DNA of 64,000 bases from Candidatus Cloacimonadota bacterium (GTDB lineage Bacteria > Cloacimonadota > Cloacimonadia > Cloacimonadales > TCS61): contig JAGGWK010000016.1 in NCBI GenBank assembly GCA_021157525.1, positions 1,836 to 65,835 on the forward strand. The letters are read 5' to 3'. This document shows positions 53,836-63,690 of this stretch, piece by piece (position 1 is the stretch's first letter; every line of letters starts with the position of its first letter). The notes under the pieces are model-generated. The model did not search any database and was not told the DNA's origin. It saw only the letters and a list, made by a program, of their open reading frames with translations. Both the position numbers and the translations under genes were made by a program.

Positions 53836-56286
53836 TTATTTCAAGAGCACCATTTTTCTGGTTGCACTTTGGTTATCGGTTTGGATGCGGTAGAAGTAAA
53901 TTCCGCTGCCGGCTTTTTGTCCGGCGTTTGTGTTGCCCATCCAGGTGATCTCGTGGGCTCCGGCGGTTTGATGCTGATTTACCAGGGTTTTTACCAACTG
54001 GCCTCTGGTGTTGAATACCTGCAGGCTCACGTTGCCATCGGTAGCCAGGTTGTAGCTGATGGTGGTAGTGGGATTGAAGGGATTCGGGTAGTTGTTTCCC
54101 AGACTGAAGGGTTGGCTGGGAGTTGTGGTGTTTCCGGTGCCGGTGGGAGTTTGAGAAACGATGATACCCTGAATGCAGAAATTGAAGTCAAAGGTGGCAG
54201 GCAGTGGAATCCAGCCACTGGTCTTGATAAATCCACCTTTACCGGGGATGTTTGGACCTGCATCATGCCAGGCGGCAGGTTGAATGCCACTGATGGAATG
54301 AATGCGGTATCCCACATAATAGTCTTCTTCAGAAGCGATCACAGCTACGTTATCAAAGACAACTGAGCTCCATTGGCCATCGGCAAAATCCATGACCTGC
54401 TGTTCAGAGATAAGGTGCTCGCCATGCCACAATTGCGCATAAATCTCACCCTGATCAGGATTGAAGGGAGCGATGAAATTTACTTTTGCACAGGCATCGC
54501 CAATGAAGTCGGCGATATCGTCGTCGGCAAACCGGATGCCCACGCTCATTTCGGGGACGAACTGGAACTTTTCGGTGGGTTCACCGGCAAATTGCAACAT
54601 ATGGTCATGAGGATATTCTTCCAGCTCAAAGTTGATGGTCTGATTGTTTGCCGTAACGTCTATGGTAACTGCGTCGAAGTAATTACCTTCTTTACTGGCC
54701 ACTGCATCGTAGGTTCCGGGCATCACGCCGGTGATGGAGAAAACGCCGGTATCATCTGTAACGCCGGAGGAGACAATGGCTCCATCCTGATAGACATTGA
54801 TGTGGGTATTTTCTACTGAGATGGGACTGGAAACGGTTCCATCCAGATGGGTGTAGTCATCCATAAAGATGATGAGGATGTTGTTGGTTTCATTGATGGT
54901 TGCGGTTCCTGTTTTGTAGTAGTAGCCGCCGTCGGGTACTTCGATATAGGCGGTGTAAGTGTACTCACCAGCGTACATGAAATCGGTTTCGAAGTTGCCG
55001 TTGGGATTATCTATAACGAAGGTATAATTGTGTGTACCTTCCAACGTGAGCTGTGTGAGTTCCAGTGGTGCGCCGGATGCGATCACCTGACCCTGCATCA
55101 AAAAGGGCACCTGGCCTCCTTCGATGTTAATTACAGCAGAGGAAATCTGGTTGTAGCCTGATGGCATGCCGCCGGGGAGTGAATACCAGCCGTTTTGAGA
55201 ACCACCCCATCCCATGTTCAGATGGAAGGTGTCGTCTGCCTCGTTCCAGCCGTCACAGATGATGGCGTGTCCGCTGCCGCCATTGGCCAGGATGCCGAAA
55301 TAGGCAGGTCGGGCTTCCATCATGTCGGTGCGAAGGTTGTTGTAAAATGTCGAATTCGTGTATGATACGTAGGTGGCAGAGTCGTAGCTAAAGGTATTGA
55401 GCAAGGCGGGGCGTACATCTTGGGAGTAGGCACCGGAGCCTTCTGTGGAATAGTTCATCTCCACCGAAACCCCGGCGGCGAAATTGAGAGCGCCGATCAT
55501 TTCATCAGTAGCTGTGCCACCGCCGGCCCACGTGATTGCCAGGTCTTGGAGATAGCCATTTAAGGTGGGGAAGGATGGGAAATCCCAGGTAGTGGCGTCG
55601 TTATCGATATAGATGTATGGGTTTGTGGAGTTTGAAATGTAGTCATAGCTATTGTTAAAATTCGGGTTTCCGCACCAGCGGTGGTAGTACATAATCTGTG
55701 CCATAGCGGTAGCCACGCATCCAGTAAGGGTGCGGCCGCCATTGCCGGGATCTATGGGGCAGAAGGTGTTCCATGGATCTGGAGACTGATTCCACTCGGT
55801 TTCTATCCAGCCTTCGGTAGGAGAAAAACCTTCCGGCGGCCAGATGCCGTCTTCGGTATTGGTAAAATCCACGGTTCCGCTGAGGTAGCGATCCCAGGAT
55901 GCATGATTTTCGGCGATGATGGTTTCATCGGTGAGAGGGATGGCATCCAGTCGGGACTGCATGTCTGCCTGCACATAGAGGTAGCCGATGTTGTGAGTGG
56001 GATCATCAGTACTGAAACTGTTTCTGAAGGAATATCCCACTACCGGCACGATGTCGGTATCGGTGGAGATGATTACGTATCCTGCAGGTGCCAGGATAAA
56101 TACATGAGCGACGACGGTGCCATTCTGGCTGGTCATTTCATAGGATGATGCGATGTTATGGGTGGTTTTGCCATGGGCTCGCAGATGCATCTCTGCCAGT
56201 GTCTGGGCTGTTTGTTGGCTGATTGTTTCGCCCCAGGCTGAAACAATCAGCAGAGCGATAATTGCGAAAAGTACTATTCTTTTCAT
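53836..56286 (-). CDS. peptidase C10 (streptopain-like) family cysteine protease with Ig-like domains and a T9SS C-terminal sorting domain
   Basis: N-terminal inhibitor-like propeptide segment. Catalytic Cys context TGCVATAMAQIMYYHRW. His context GGSGHAIICDGW. The tail is NNYPNPFNPTTT...RKMVLLK. Confidence 0.85.
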   Translation of the reverse strand: MKRIVLFAIIALLIVSAWGETISQQTAQTLAEMHLRAHGKTTHNIASSYEMTSQNGTVVAHVFILAPAGYVIISTDTDIVPVVGYSFRNSFSTDDPTHNIGYLYVQADMQSRLDAIPLTDETIIAENHASWDRYLSGTVDFTNTEDGIWPPEGFSPTEGWIETEWNQSPDPWNTFCPIDPGNGGRTLTGCVATAMAQIMYYHRWCGNPNFNNSYDYISNSTNPYIYIDNDATTWDFPSFPTLNGYLQDLAITWAGGGTATDEMIGALNFAAGVSVEMNYSTEGSGAYSQDVRPALLNTFSYDSATYVSYTNSTFYNNLRTDMMEARPAYFGILANGGSGHAIICDGWNEADDTFHLNMGWGGSQNGWYSLPGGMPSGYNQISSAVINIEGGQVPFLMQGQVIASGAPLELTQLTLEGTHNYTFVIDNPNGNFETDFMYAGEYTYTAYIEVPDGGYYYKTGTATINETNNILIIFMDDYTHLDGTVSSPISVENTHINVYQDGAIVSSGVTDDTGVFSITGVMPGTYDAVASKEGNYFDAVTIDVTANNQTINFELEEYPHDHMLQFAGEPTEKFQFVPEMSVGIRFADDDIADFIGDACAKVNFIAPFNPDQGEIYAQLWHGEHLISEQQVMDFADGQWSSVVFDNVAVIASEEDYYVGYRIHSISGIQPAAWHDAGPNIPGKGGFIKTSGWIPLPATFDFNFCIQGIIVSQTPTGTGNTTTPSQPFSLGNNYPNPFNPTTTISYNLATDGNVSLQVFNTRGQLVKTLVNQHQTAGAHEITWMGNTNAGQKAGSGIYFYRIQTDNQSATRKMVLLK

Positions 56287-56666
56287 TTTTCCTCCGATTG
56301 GTCTTTTATATTGGGTAGCTGCTACTCTCTTTTATAGAGAGTTGCAACGAATTTCATTATTATCAAAATACCCTTTCTTTAAAAATTAATGTAGGTCTTA
56401 TCTGTCAACCCAATATCGGAGATTTTCACAGTGCTTCCGGATGCAGGTGATGGAGAGTGTGGAATTTGTAAGAGATAACTCTCTACTGTGCAGTCGGCTA
56501 TGGTCCGAAATGCTATGACGGATTTTGTGAAAAGACGCTGGGAAAATATGGTGTATCGTGCGCTCTGGTATAACTACTGATAACCTTAACGATTTCACAA
56601 ACTTGACAAATATTCTCATAGAAATTTCGTGACGTTTTTAAAAGAACAAGAGGAGGCTAAATTCTT

Positions 56667-58901
56667 ATGAATATACCAACTATGTGGTATGTCGCGCCTG
56701 TGGCTGCTTTTATTGCTCTCATATTTGCGCGCATCTTTTTTTTAAATGTACGAAAACAAGATCCCGGTAATGCACGGATGCAGGAAATTGCCGGTTATGT
56801 TCGGGAAGGTGCCTTTGCGTACTTGAAACAGCAATATAGAGCGGTTGGGATTTTCTTCATCGTCGCATTTATTCTCTTTAATTTTATGGCCCATGTACTT
56901 CATGTGCTGCATTGGCTGGTTCCTTTTGCCTTTCTTACCGGTGGCTTCTTCAGCGGTTTAGCCGGATACATCGGCATGAATACTGCCACAATGGCATCAA
57001 ACCGTACCACTCAAGCATGCTCAAAAAGTCTGAACAAAGGACTGAAAGTGGCCTTTCATGCTGGTAGCGTGATGGGACTGACCGTGGTGGGCCTTGCCCT
57101 TATCGATATTTCCTTATGGTTTTTTGTCCTCAATAACTTTATCCATGATCTTCACCTGATTACGGTGATCATGCTGAGTTTTGGCATGGGTGCTTCTACT
57201 CAGGCCCTTTTTGCCCGTTTAGGCGGCGGGATATATACCAAAGCTGCCGACGTTGGTGCTGACCTGGTAGGTAAAGTTGAAGAGGGGATTCCTGAAGATG
57301 ATCCACGTAATCCAGCTACCATCGCCGATAACGTAGGCGACAATGTGGGGGATGTTGCCGGTATGGGTGCTGACCTGTACGAATCCTACGCCGGTTCCAT
57401 ATTGGCAACTGCATCCCTGGGGATGTCTGCTGCTTTGCAACTGGGTATAAAACCCAACAGCACAGAAGCCTATCAACTGGTTACTGCACCCATGATTTTG
57501 GCCGGTATCGGTATATTGCTCTCCATTTTGGGAATCTTTCTGGTTCGTACCAAAGAAAACGCCGGCACCAAAGAGCTGATGTTTGCCCTGAACAAAAGTG
57601 TGTATGGCAGCTCTGCCTTTATTATTATCGCCGGGTTCTTCGTTACCCGCTACATGCTCCCCGGTAATTTGATAAACACCACCGGTGTTTTTTGCTCCAT
57701 GGTTGTTGGCTTGCTTGCCGGTGTACTCATCGGGTATTTTACCGAACGCTACACCTCCGATCATTACAAACCTACCCGTGGCATCGCAGCCCAGGGACAA
57801 TATGGCCCGGCTACGGTTATCATCGATGGTCTGGCAGTTGGGATGCAATCAACGGCAGCACCCCTGATCATCATCTCCATCGCAATTCTTGGTGCCTTTA
57901 CCTTGAGCGGTGGCTTTACTCAGGGTATCGAGTTTGGTCTCTATGGCATCGGTTTTGGCGCAGTCGGGATGCTGGCAACTTTGGGCGTTACGTTAGCCAC
58001 GGATGCCTTTGGCCCAATTGCCGACAATGCAGGTGGAAATGCCGAGATGGCTAAACTTCCCCTGGAGGTGCGTAAACGTACCGATGCTCTGGACTCTGTG
58101 GGAAACACCACTGCAGCTACCGGCAAAGGATTTGCCATCGGTTCCGCAGCTCTCACGGCTATGGCGCTTTTGGCGGCCTATCTGGAAGAAGTACGCAATG
58201 GTCTGCATCTGATAGGAACCAATGATTTGGTGATCCGATATTCCGACACTATCTCCGACACGGTTTCGGTCTCTACTGCATCCATTGCCGATTTTATTGC
58301 CTATTATGGAGTGAACCTGATGAATCCAAAATTCCTCATCGGGATTTTCCTCGGTACTATGGCGGTATTTTTATTCTCGTCTATGACGATGAAGGCTGTG
58401 GGTCGCGCAGCAGGAGCTATGGTGGCAGAAGTGCGCCGACAATTCAAAGAAATGCCCGGCATCCTCAAGGGTGAAACCACGCCGGATTACAAGCGTTGTG
58501 TGCTGATCTCAACTGTGGGAGCACAAAAAGAAATGGTGGCTCCGGCCATGGTTGGCATCCTTACTCCCATAATAGTCGGCTTGCTGCTGGGTGTAGCCGG
58601 TGTGCTTGGGGTTCTTACCGGAGGCCTGGTTTCCGGCTTTGCCCTGGCCTGCATGATGAATAATGCCGGAGGAGCTTGGGATAACGCAAAGAAATATGTA
58701 GAAACAGGAAAATATGGTGGCAAGGGCAGCAAAACCCACACTGCCTGTGTGGTTGGCGACACGGTGGGTGATCCCTTCAAAGACACCTCGGGTCCCTCTA
58801 TAAATATCCTGATAAAATTGATGAGCATGGTAAGCATTGTATTCGCCGGATTAATCGTCGCATATTCACCGGCAATACAGGCGTTGCTTAAAATAACATA
58901 A
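56667..58901 (+). CDS. hppA: membrane-integral K+-dependent-type cation-pumping pyrophosphatase
   Basis: GGGIYTKAADVGADLVGKVE, DNVGDNVGD and GNTTAATGKGFAIGSAAL. Ala rather than Lys in GNTT[A/K]A is the established marker of the K+-dependent subfamily. Confidence 0.9.
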   Translation: MNIPTMWYVAPVAAFIALIFARIFFLNVRKQDPGNARMQEIAGYVREGAFAYLKQQYRAVGIFFIVAFILFNFMAHVLHVLHWLVPFAFLTGGFFSGLAGYIGMNTATMASNRTTQACSKSLNKGLKVAFHAGSVMGLTVVGLALIDISLWFFVLNNFIHDLHLITVIMLSFGMGASTQALFARLGGGIYTKAADVGADLVGKVEEGIPEDDPRNPATIADNVGDNVGDVAGMGADLYESYAGSILATASLGMSAALQLGIKPNSTEAYQLVTAPMILAGIGILLSILGIFLVRTKENAGTKELMFALNKSVYGSSAFIIIAGFFVTRYMLPGNLINTTGVFCSMVVGLLAGVLIGYFTERYTSDHYKPTRGIAAQGQYGPATVIIDGLAVGMQSTAAPLIIISIAILGAFTLSGGFTQGIEFGLYGIGFGAVGMLATLGVTLATDAFGPIADNAGGNAEMAKLPLEVRKRTDALDSVGNTTAATGKGFAIGSAALTAMALLAAYLEEVRNGLHLIGTNDLVIRYSDTISDTVSVSTASIADFIAYYGVNLMNPKFLIGIFLGTMAVFLFSSMTMKAVGRAAGAMVAEVRRQFKEMPGILKGETTPDYKRCVLISTVGAQKEMVAPAMVGILTPIIVGLLLGVAGVLGVLTGGLVSGFALACMMNNAGGAWDNAKKYVETGKYGGKGSKTHTACVVGDTVGDPFKDTSGPSINILIKLMSMVSIVFAGLIVAYSPAIQALLKIT

Positions 58902-58932
58902 CTTCGGAGTGTTTTAAATTGTTTACAAAAAA

Positions 58933-58958
58933 GACGGGGTCTTGTACCTCGTCTTTTT
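58933..58958 (+). terminator. terminator candidate after hppA
   Basis: GACGGGG-tcttgta-CCTCGTC followed by TTTTT. Confidence 0.6.
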
Positions 58959-58971
58959 GGTGTATAAAAAA

Positions 58972-61104
58972 ATGAAAAAACTCATAACGATAATGGTGCT
59001 GGTAGCACTTTTGGGAGCTCTGGATGCCAGAGCAAAAATTGGTCTGGTTCTGAGCGGTGGCGGTGCTCGGGGCATGGCCCACATCGGTGTGCTCAAGGTT
59101 CTGGATGAACTGGGGGTAAAACCCGACTACATAGCGGGGACCAGCACCGGTGCCTTGATAGGCGGGCTGTATGCCTGTGGCATGAGTGGTGCAGAGATCG
59201 AAACGCTTTTTAAAAACATGGATTGGGATGTGCTGATGCCGGAAACCATGGGACGGGATCAGTTGCACATCAGTGAAAAGCGCTGGGGGCCTTTCGGCCC
59301 GTTGGCTTTTGAGCTTACCAGCGGGATGCGTCCCAAGCTACCGCAATCCTTTTTAGCAAGTAATGCACAGATAAATGCCCTTTTCTCTATGTTTTATCCC
59401 TACGCAAATCTGCGGGATTTTTCCTCATTGCCCATACCTTTTCGCTGTGTTGGCACAAACATTCTCACCGGCGAACTGAAAGTGTTCAGCAGCGGCTCCC
59501 TCCACGAAGCCGTTCTCGCTTCCATGACTTTTCCCTCACTGCTGGAGCCCTTTGAACTGGATGGCAATCTCTATATCGATGGCGGTATCATGTCCAATCT
59601 ACCCACCGAAGTGGTGCAGGATATGGGTGCCGACATTATCATCGGCGTGCAGGTGAATTCTGGTCTGAAACAGCGGGAGCAACTGGAAAACATTATCGAT
59701 GTGCTGGACCAGACAATAAACATTGGAATCGTGCGCAATATCGAGCGCTCAACTCCCAATTGTGACATCCTGATAAAACCGGAACTTACCGCCATCCCCC
59801 TTACAGGATTTACCGCTGTGGAAGATGTGGTGGCTCAGGGAGAAGCGGCGGCCCGTAATGCTACTTTGCAACTTCTGCCTTACCGGCATCCGGATAATAA
59901 GCTGCCAAAGTCCCCATCTCTGCCTTCCGGCATCTCCTTCAACAGTATAAAAGTAGTGGGAAACCAATACATCAGCAATGCAAAAGTGCGAGAATTTGTG
60001 GGGCTGGAAAAACACAAAGTCTATTCTCTGGATGAAATCGCTGAAGCCTTCCGCAGTGCTTTCAGCTCACGACTTTTCAAAACAATTTATCCGACCATCA
60101 TTCAGTCGGCTACCGGATATCAGCTGGTGATTCGCTGCAAAGAAAATGCTCGTTACCGCTTGAATTTCAACTTTACCTACAATGCAGAAAACGAACTCAC
60201 CGGCCGCTCTACCGTTACTTTGAGCAATACACTTCAACCGAATTCCAAACTGCTGATGAGCCTCCTGGTGGGCTCCAAAAACGAGCTGAGTCTGGATTAT
60301 GTAAAAAATTTCGGAAGTCACTGGGGTATCTATTTCCGGCTGTTTCCCTACATAAAAGAGCAAACCTTGTACTCTTACAATGACGACCATGAGCGGCTCA
60401 ACAGCGAGCGTTCCCTGGAGTATGGTGGCGTCGGCGGCATTGGGGTTTTTGCCCGCAAAGCATTGATTGTCGAGACCTACAGTTTTGCCTTTCACTCCCA
60501 AACCTACCGGCGCATCGCAGATTTTGAAGAGAAACGATACAAATCTGCCGGTGTGGGTCTGAAGCTTTATAGCGAGCAATTGGATGACTATCTGTTGCCC
60601 ACTCGGGGATTTCAGCTTTTGGCAAAACTCAACGCTACCACTCCGTTCATCAGCAACACAGAGGAATACAAAAAGTTTTATTTCAAAAGTAAATTACTGT
60701 TGCCCATTACCAAAGGGCTTTCCTTCAAAGGGCAAATGGAATATGGCTCTTTCTTCCGAAAGATGGATAATACCTTTGATCCCTTCTATATCGGCGGTAT
60801 AGACAGCTATCCCGGACTGCAACTGCAGGAGATGAGTGCTCCGATCTACCGTTATGGCACCGTGGCCATGAGATTGCATGGACAGCATATGATGCTGGAC
60901 ATTTTTGCCAGTTCACTGTTTTTAGGAAACGTGGATGTGTGGCAGCCGGAAAAATATCAGTATCACTGCGGTGGGATGCAGCTCGCAATAAAATCCCGGT
61001 TTGTTCCTCTGCGGCTTGCCTGGGCCGTTGATGAAGAATATCACTCGACGATTCATTTTTCCGTAGGCTACGAACTGGATCCCTTTACCTTTTCCAGAAG
61101 ATAA
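58972..61104 (+). CDS. patatin-like phospholipase fused to a POTRA-like segment and an Omp85-type beta-barrel (PlpD/type Vd-like)
   Basis: GLVLSGGGARGMAHIGVL (oxyanion GGGxRG), GTSTGA (GxSxG) and YIDGG (catalytic Asp). These are followed by ISFNSIKVVGNQYIS (POTRA-like) and a beta-rich region of ~330 aa. ATG 58972 gives a signal peptide. Confidence 0.8.
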   Translation: MKKLITIMVLVALLGALDARAKIGLVLSGGGARGMAHIGVLKVLDELGVKPDYIAGTSTGALIGGLYACGMSGAEIETLFKNMDWDVLMPETMGRDQLHISEKRWGPFGPLAFELTSGMRPKLPQSFLASNAQINALFSMFYPYANLRDFSSLPIPFRCVGTNILTGELKVFSSGSLHEAVLASMTFPSLLEPFELDGNLYIDGGIMSNLPTEVVQDMGADIIIGVQVNSGLKQREQLENIIDVLDQTINIGIVRNIERSTPNCDILIKPELTAIPLTGFTAVEDVVAQGEAAARNATLQLLPYRHPDNKLPKSPSLPSGISFNSIKVVGNQYISNAKVREFVGLEKHKVYSLDEIAEAFRSAFSSRLFKTIYPTIIQSATGYQLVIRCKENARYRLNFNFTYNAENELTGRSTVTLSNTLQPNSKLLMSLLVGSKNELSLDYVKNFGSHWGIYFRLFPYIKEQTLYSYNDDHERLNSERSLEYGGVGGIGVFARKALIVETYSFAFHSQTYRRIADFEEKRYKSAGVGLKLYSEQLDDYLLPTRGFQLLAKLNATTPFISNTEEYKKFYFKSKLLLPITKGLSFKGQMEYGSFFRKMDNTFDPFYIGGIDSYPGLQLQEMSAPIYRYGTVAMRLHGQHMMLDIFASSLFLGNVDVWQPEKYQYHCGGMQLAIKSRFVPLRLAWAVDEEYHSTIHFSVGYELDPFTFSRR

Positions 61105-61120
61105 AACAAAGAGAGGATAT

Positions 61121-63454
61121 ATGGCTACTCAACACAAAGAAATCTTCCCGGTGATTCCCCTGAGAAACACCATAATCTTTCCCAATACCATCACACCGCT
61201 GCTGGTAGGACGAAAAGCGTCCATCATGGCAGTAGAAGAAGCAGAACTGTTTGGGCACAAAATCATCTGCGTTACTCAAAAAAATAAGATAGATTCTGAT
61301 GAAGATCCGGCAGCAAAAGATCTGTATCGGGTGGGAACCACCTGCACCATCCTGCAATCCCTGCGCCTGCCCGATGGCAATATGCGGCTTTTGGTAGAAG
61401 GGGAGTACCGGGTGGAAATCCAGAGGTACAGTCGCTCCAGAAAAATGCTTCGCGGCCATGCGGTGCGCATAGACAAAATCCAGAGCCGGGATGCTGTGGA
61501 GATGGAAGCGCTGGTACGTTCCTTCCGCAAATCCTTTATGGAATATGTGGAGCTTAATCACTCCCTGGCAGACGAAACCCTTGCGCCGCTTCAACAGATT
61601 ACCCGGGCTGAAGAGCTCTTTTACTTTGCCATGGCAAACATCCAGCTTGATAACGAAATCAAGCAGGATTTGCTGGAAGTTGACGACCTCTTTGAATCCA
61701 TATCGCAACTGTACAAGCAGGTGATCGAAGAGATTCAGATACTGAAACTGGAGAACAAGATCGATGTAACGGTGAAAACCAAGCTGAACAAGCTTCAGCG
61801 GGAATATTACCTCACCGAGCAGCTCAAGGCTATTCACAACGAATTGGGCATTACCAAAGAAGACAAAGCCGACATCCTGGACTTTAAGGAGCGGGTGGAA
61901 AAGGCAAACCTCAGTGATGAAGCTCGTAAAAAAGCCGAAGAGGAAGTGCGCAAGCTTTCCCGCATGAATGCTTTCTCACCGGAATATTCCGTAGTGCATT
62001 CCTATCTCAACTGGATTTTAGACATCCCCTGGGATGAGCCGGAAAGGGCCGATCTGGATCTGAAAAAAGCCCGTGCTATCCTGGATGCAGATCACTATGG
62101 ACTGGTAAAAGTGAAGGAGCGGATTCTGGAATATCTGGCCGTAGTGAAACTGGCCGATAAAGTAAAAGGGCAGATTCTCTGCTTTGTGGGACCTCCCGGC
62201 GTTGGGAAAACATCCTTGGGAAAATCCATTGCCCGGGCCATGAATCGCAAATTTGTGCGCCTCTCTCTGGGTGGAGTGCGGGATGAAGCCGAGATTCGCG
62301 GGCACCGCCGTACCTACGTGGGCGCGCTCCCCGGCGTGATCATCCAGAGCATGAAAAAGGCCGAAACCCGTAACCCCCTCATCATGATGGATGAAATTGA
62401 CAAAATGAGCAGTGACTTCCGTGGCGACCCCGCCTCAGCCCTGCTGGAAGTGCTGGATCCTGAACAAAATGACTCCTTCCGAGATCACTATCTCGACTTT
62501 GAATACGACCTGTCTCAGGTGATTTTCATTACCACGGCAAACACTCTGTCATCCATCCCACAGCCATTGCTGGACAGGATGGAAGTGATAGAGCTTCCCG
62601 GCTACACTGCTGTGGAAAAGGTAAGTATCGCTCAGAAGCATTTGCTCGAAAAAGTGTTGAAACAGCATGATCTTGCAGGAAAAATAGATGTGAACTATCC
62701 ACGGGAAACGCTGGAAAACATCATAAAACTCTATACCCGGGAAGCTGGCGTGCGTGGCCTGGAACGGCAACTCTCTTCCATCCTGCGCAAAGTAGTAAAA
62801 AAGTACGTGGAAGGGGGAACGGACAAAGAGATAACCGTAACCCCTGAAGATCTGGAAACCTATCTGGGTGTGCCAAAACACCTCTATTCCGAAGTGAACC
62901 GTATCAGCAGACCCGGCATCGTTACCGGCCTGGCATGGACGGCGTTCGGCGGCGAAACCCTACAGATAGAAGTGGTGAAGATGAAAGGCTCCGGCAAGCT
63001 GAAACTCACCGGCCAGCTGGGAGACGTGATGCAGGAATCGGCGCAGGCTGCCTACAGTTATGCCCGACTTCACGCAGAAGATTACGGCATCACCGAAGAA
63101 TTTTATAAAACCTGCGATCTGCATCTGCACATCCCCGAAGGCGCTATCCCCAAAGACGGCCCATCAGCTGGCGTGACCATGACCACCGCTATCGTGTCAA
63201 TATTGGCAAACCGCAAAGTAAAATGCAACCTGGCCATGACTGGGGAAATTACCCTTTCGGGAAGCGTGCTGCCCATCGGCGGATTGGCCGAAAAGCTGAT
63301 CGCTGCCAAGCGTGCAAAGATCAAAAACGTTATCATTCCCCGGAAAAATGAGCCCAGTCTCAGCGAAATCGCCGACGAGATTAAGAAGGGGTTCAATATT
63401 ATTCTGGTGGATGATGTGAAGGAAGTTCTGGCCGAGGCGTTGCTCAAAAGCTGA
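61121..63454 (+). CDS. lon: ATP-dependent Lon protease (LonA)
   Basis: N-terminal LON domain, Walker A GPPGVGKTS, DEIDK, and proteolytic PKDGPSAGVTM (Ser) with a downstream Lys. Confidence 0.95.
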   Translation: MATQHKEIFPVIPLRNTIIFPNTITPLLVGRKASIMAVEEAELFGHKIICVTQKNKIDSDEDPAAKDLYRVGTTCTILQSLRLPDGNMRLLVEGEYRVEIQRYSRSRKMLRGHAVRIDKIQSRDAVEMEALVRSFRKSFMEYVELNHSLADETLAPLQQITRAEELFYFAMANIQLDNEIKQDLLEVDDLFESISQLYKQVIEEIQILKLENKIDVTVKTKLNKLQREYYLTEQLKAIHNELGITKEDKADILDFKERVEKANLSDEARKKAEEEVRKLSRMNAFSPEYSVVHSYLNWILDIPWDEPERADLDLKKARAILDADHYGLVKVKERILEYLAVVKLADKVKGQILCFVGPPGVGKTSLGKSIARAMNRKFVRLSLGGVRDEAEIRGHRRTYVGALPGVIIQSMKKAETRNPLIMMDEIDKMSSDFRGDPASALLEVLDPEQNDSFRDHYLDFEYDLSQVIFITTANTLSSIPQPLLDRMEVIELPGYTAVEKVSIAQKHLLEKVLKQHDLAGKIDVNYPRETLENIIKLYTREAGVRGLERQLSSILRKVVKKYVEGGTDKEITVTPEDLETYLGVPKHLYSEVNRISRPGIVTGLAWTAFGGETLQIEVVKMKGSGKLKLTGQLGDVMQESAQAAYSYARLHAEDYGITEEFYKTCDLHLHIPEGAIPKDGPSAGVTMTTAIVSILANRKVKCNLAMTGEITLSGSVLPIGGLAEKLIAAKRAKIKNVIIPRKNEPSLSEIADEIKKGFNIILVDDVKEVLAEALLKS

Positions 63455-63690
63455 TGGACTTTACCATAGAATCTTCTACCTTTTTAGCTGATGGCAGCAC
63501 CCGGTACATTATACGGGTGCTGCCTGCGCAGCTGGTGTATTTTGGCTTTTTCATCGAAGCCTTCGAAGGAATGTGCCTCTATACTACTCCCCAAAAAGGC
63601 CAATCCCTGTTGCAGGTGGACGTGGTACCGGACTATCTTCAGCAGTTTCAGGATGTCTTGGCGCAGATGCGGGATGTGGATTATTGCTAG
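63454..63690 (+). CDS. small protein, DUF4911-like (tentative)
   Basis: Its ATG overlaps the lon stop. YIIRVLPAQLVYFGFFIEAFEGMCLYTT resembles the DUF4911 pattern as I recall it. Confidence 0.5.
   Translation: MDFTIESSTFLADGSTRYIIRVLPAQLVYFGFFIEAFEGMCLYTTPQKGQSLLQVDVVPDYLQQFQDVLAQMRDVDYC

Noticed and set aside
56603-56631. TTGACA at 56603-56608 as a sigma70 -35 box for hppA
   Set aside because: No acceptable -10 hexamer lies at 16-18 nt spacing (the closest, TAGAAA, is only 10 nt away). The promoter consensus of this lineage is unknown to me.
61085-61837. 250-aa minus-strand ORF
   Set aside because: It is antisense to the lon N-terminal domain. I see no recognisable family, and lon has unambiguous motifs.
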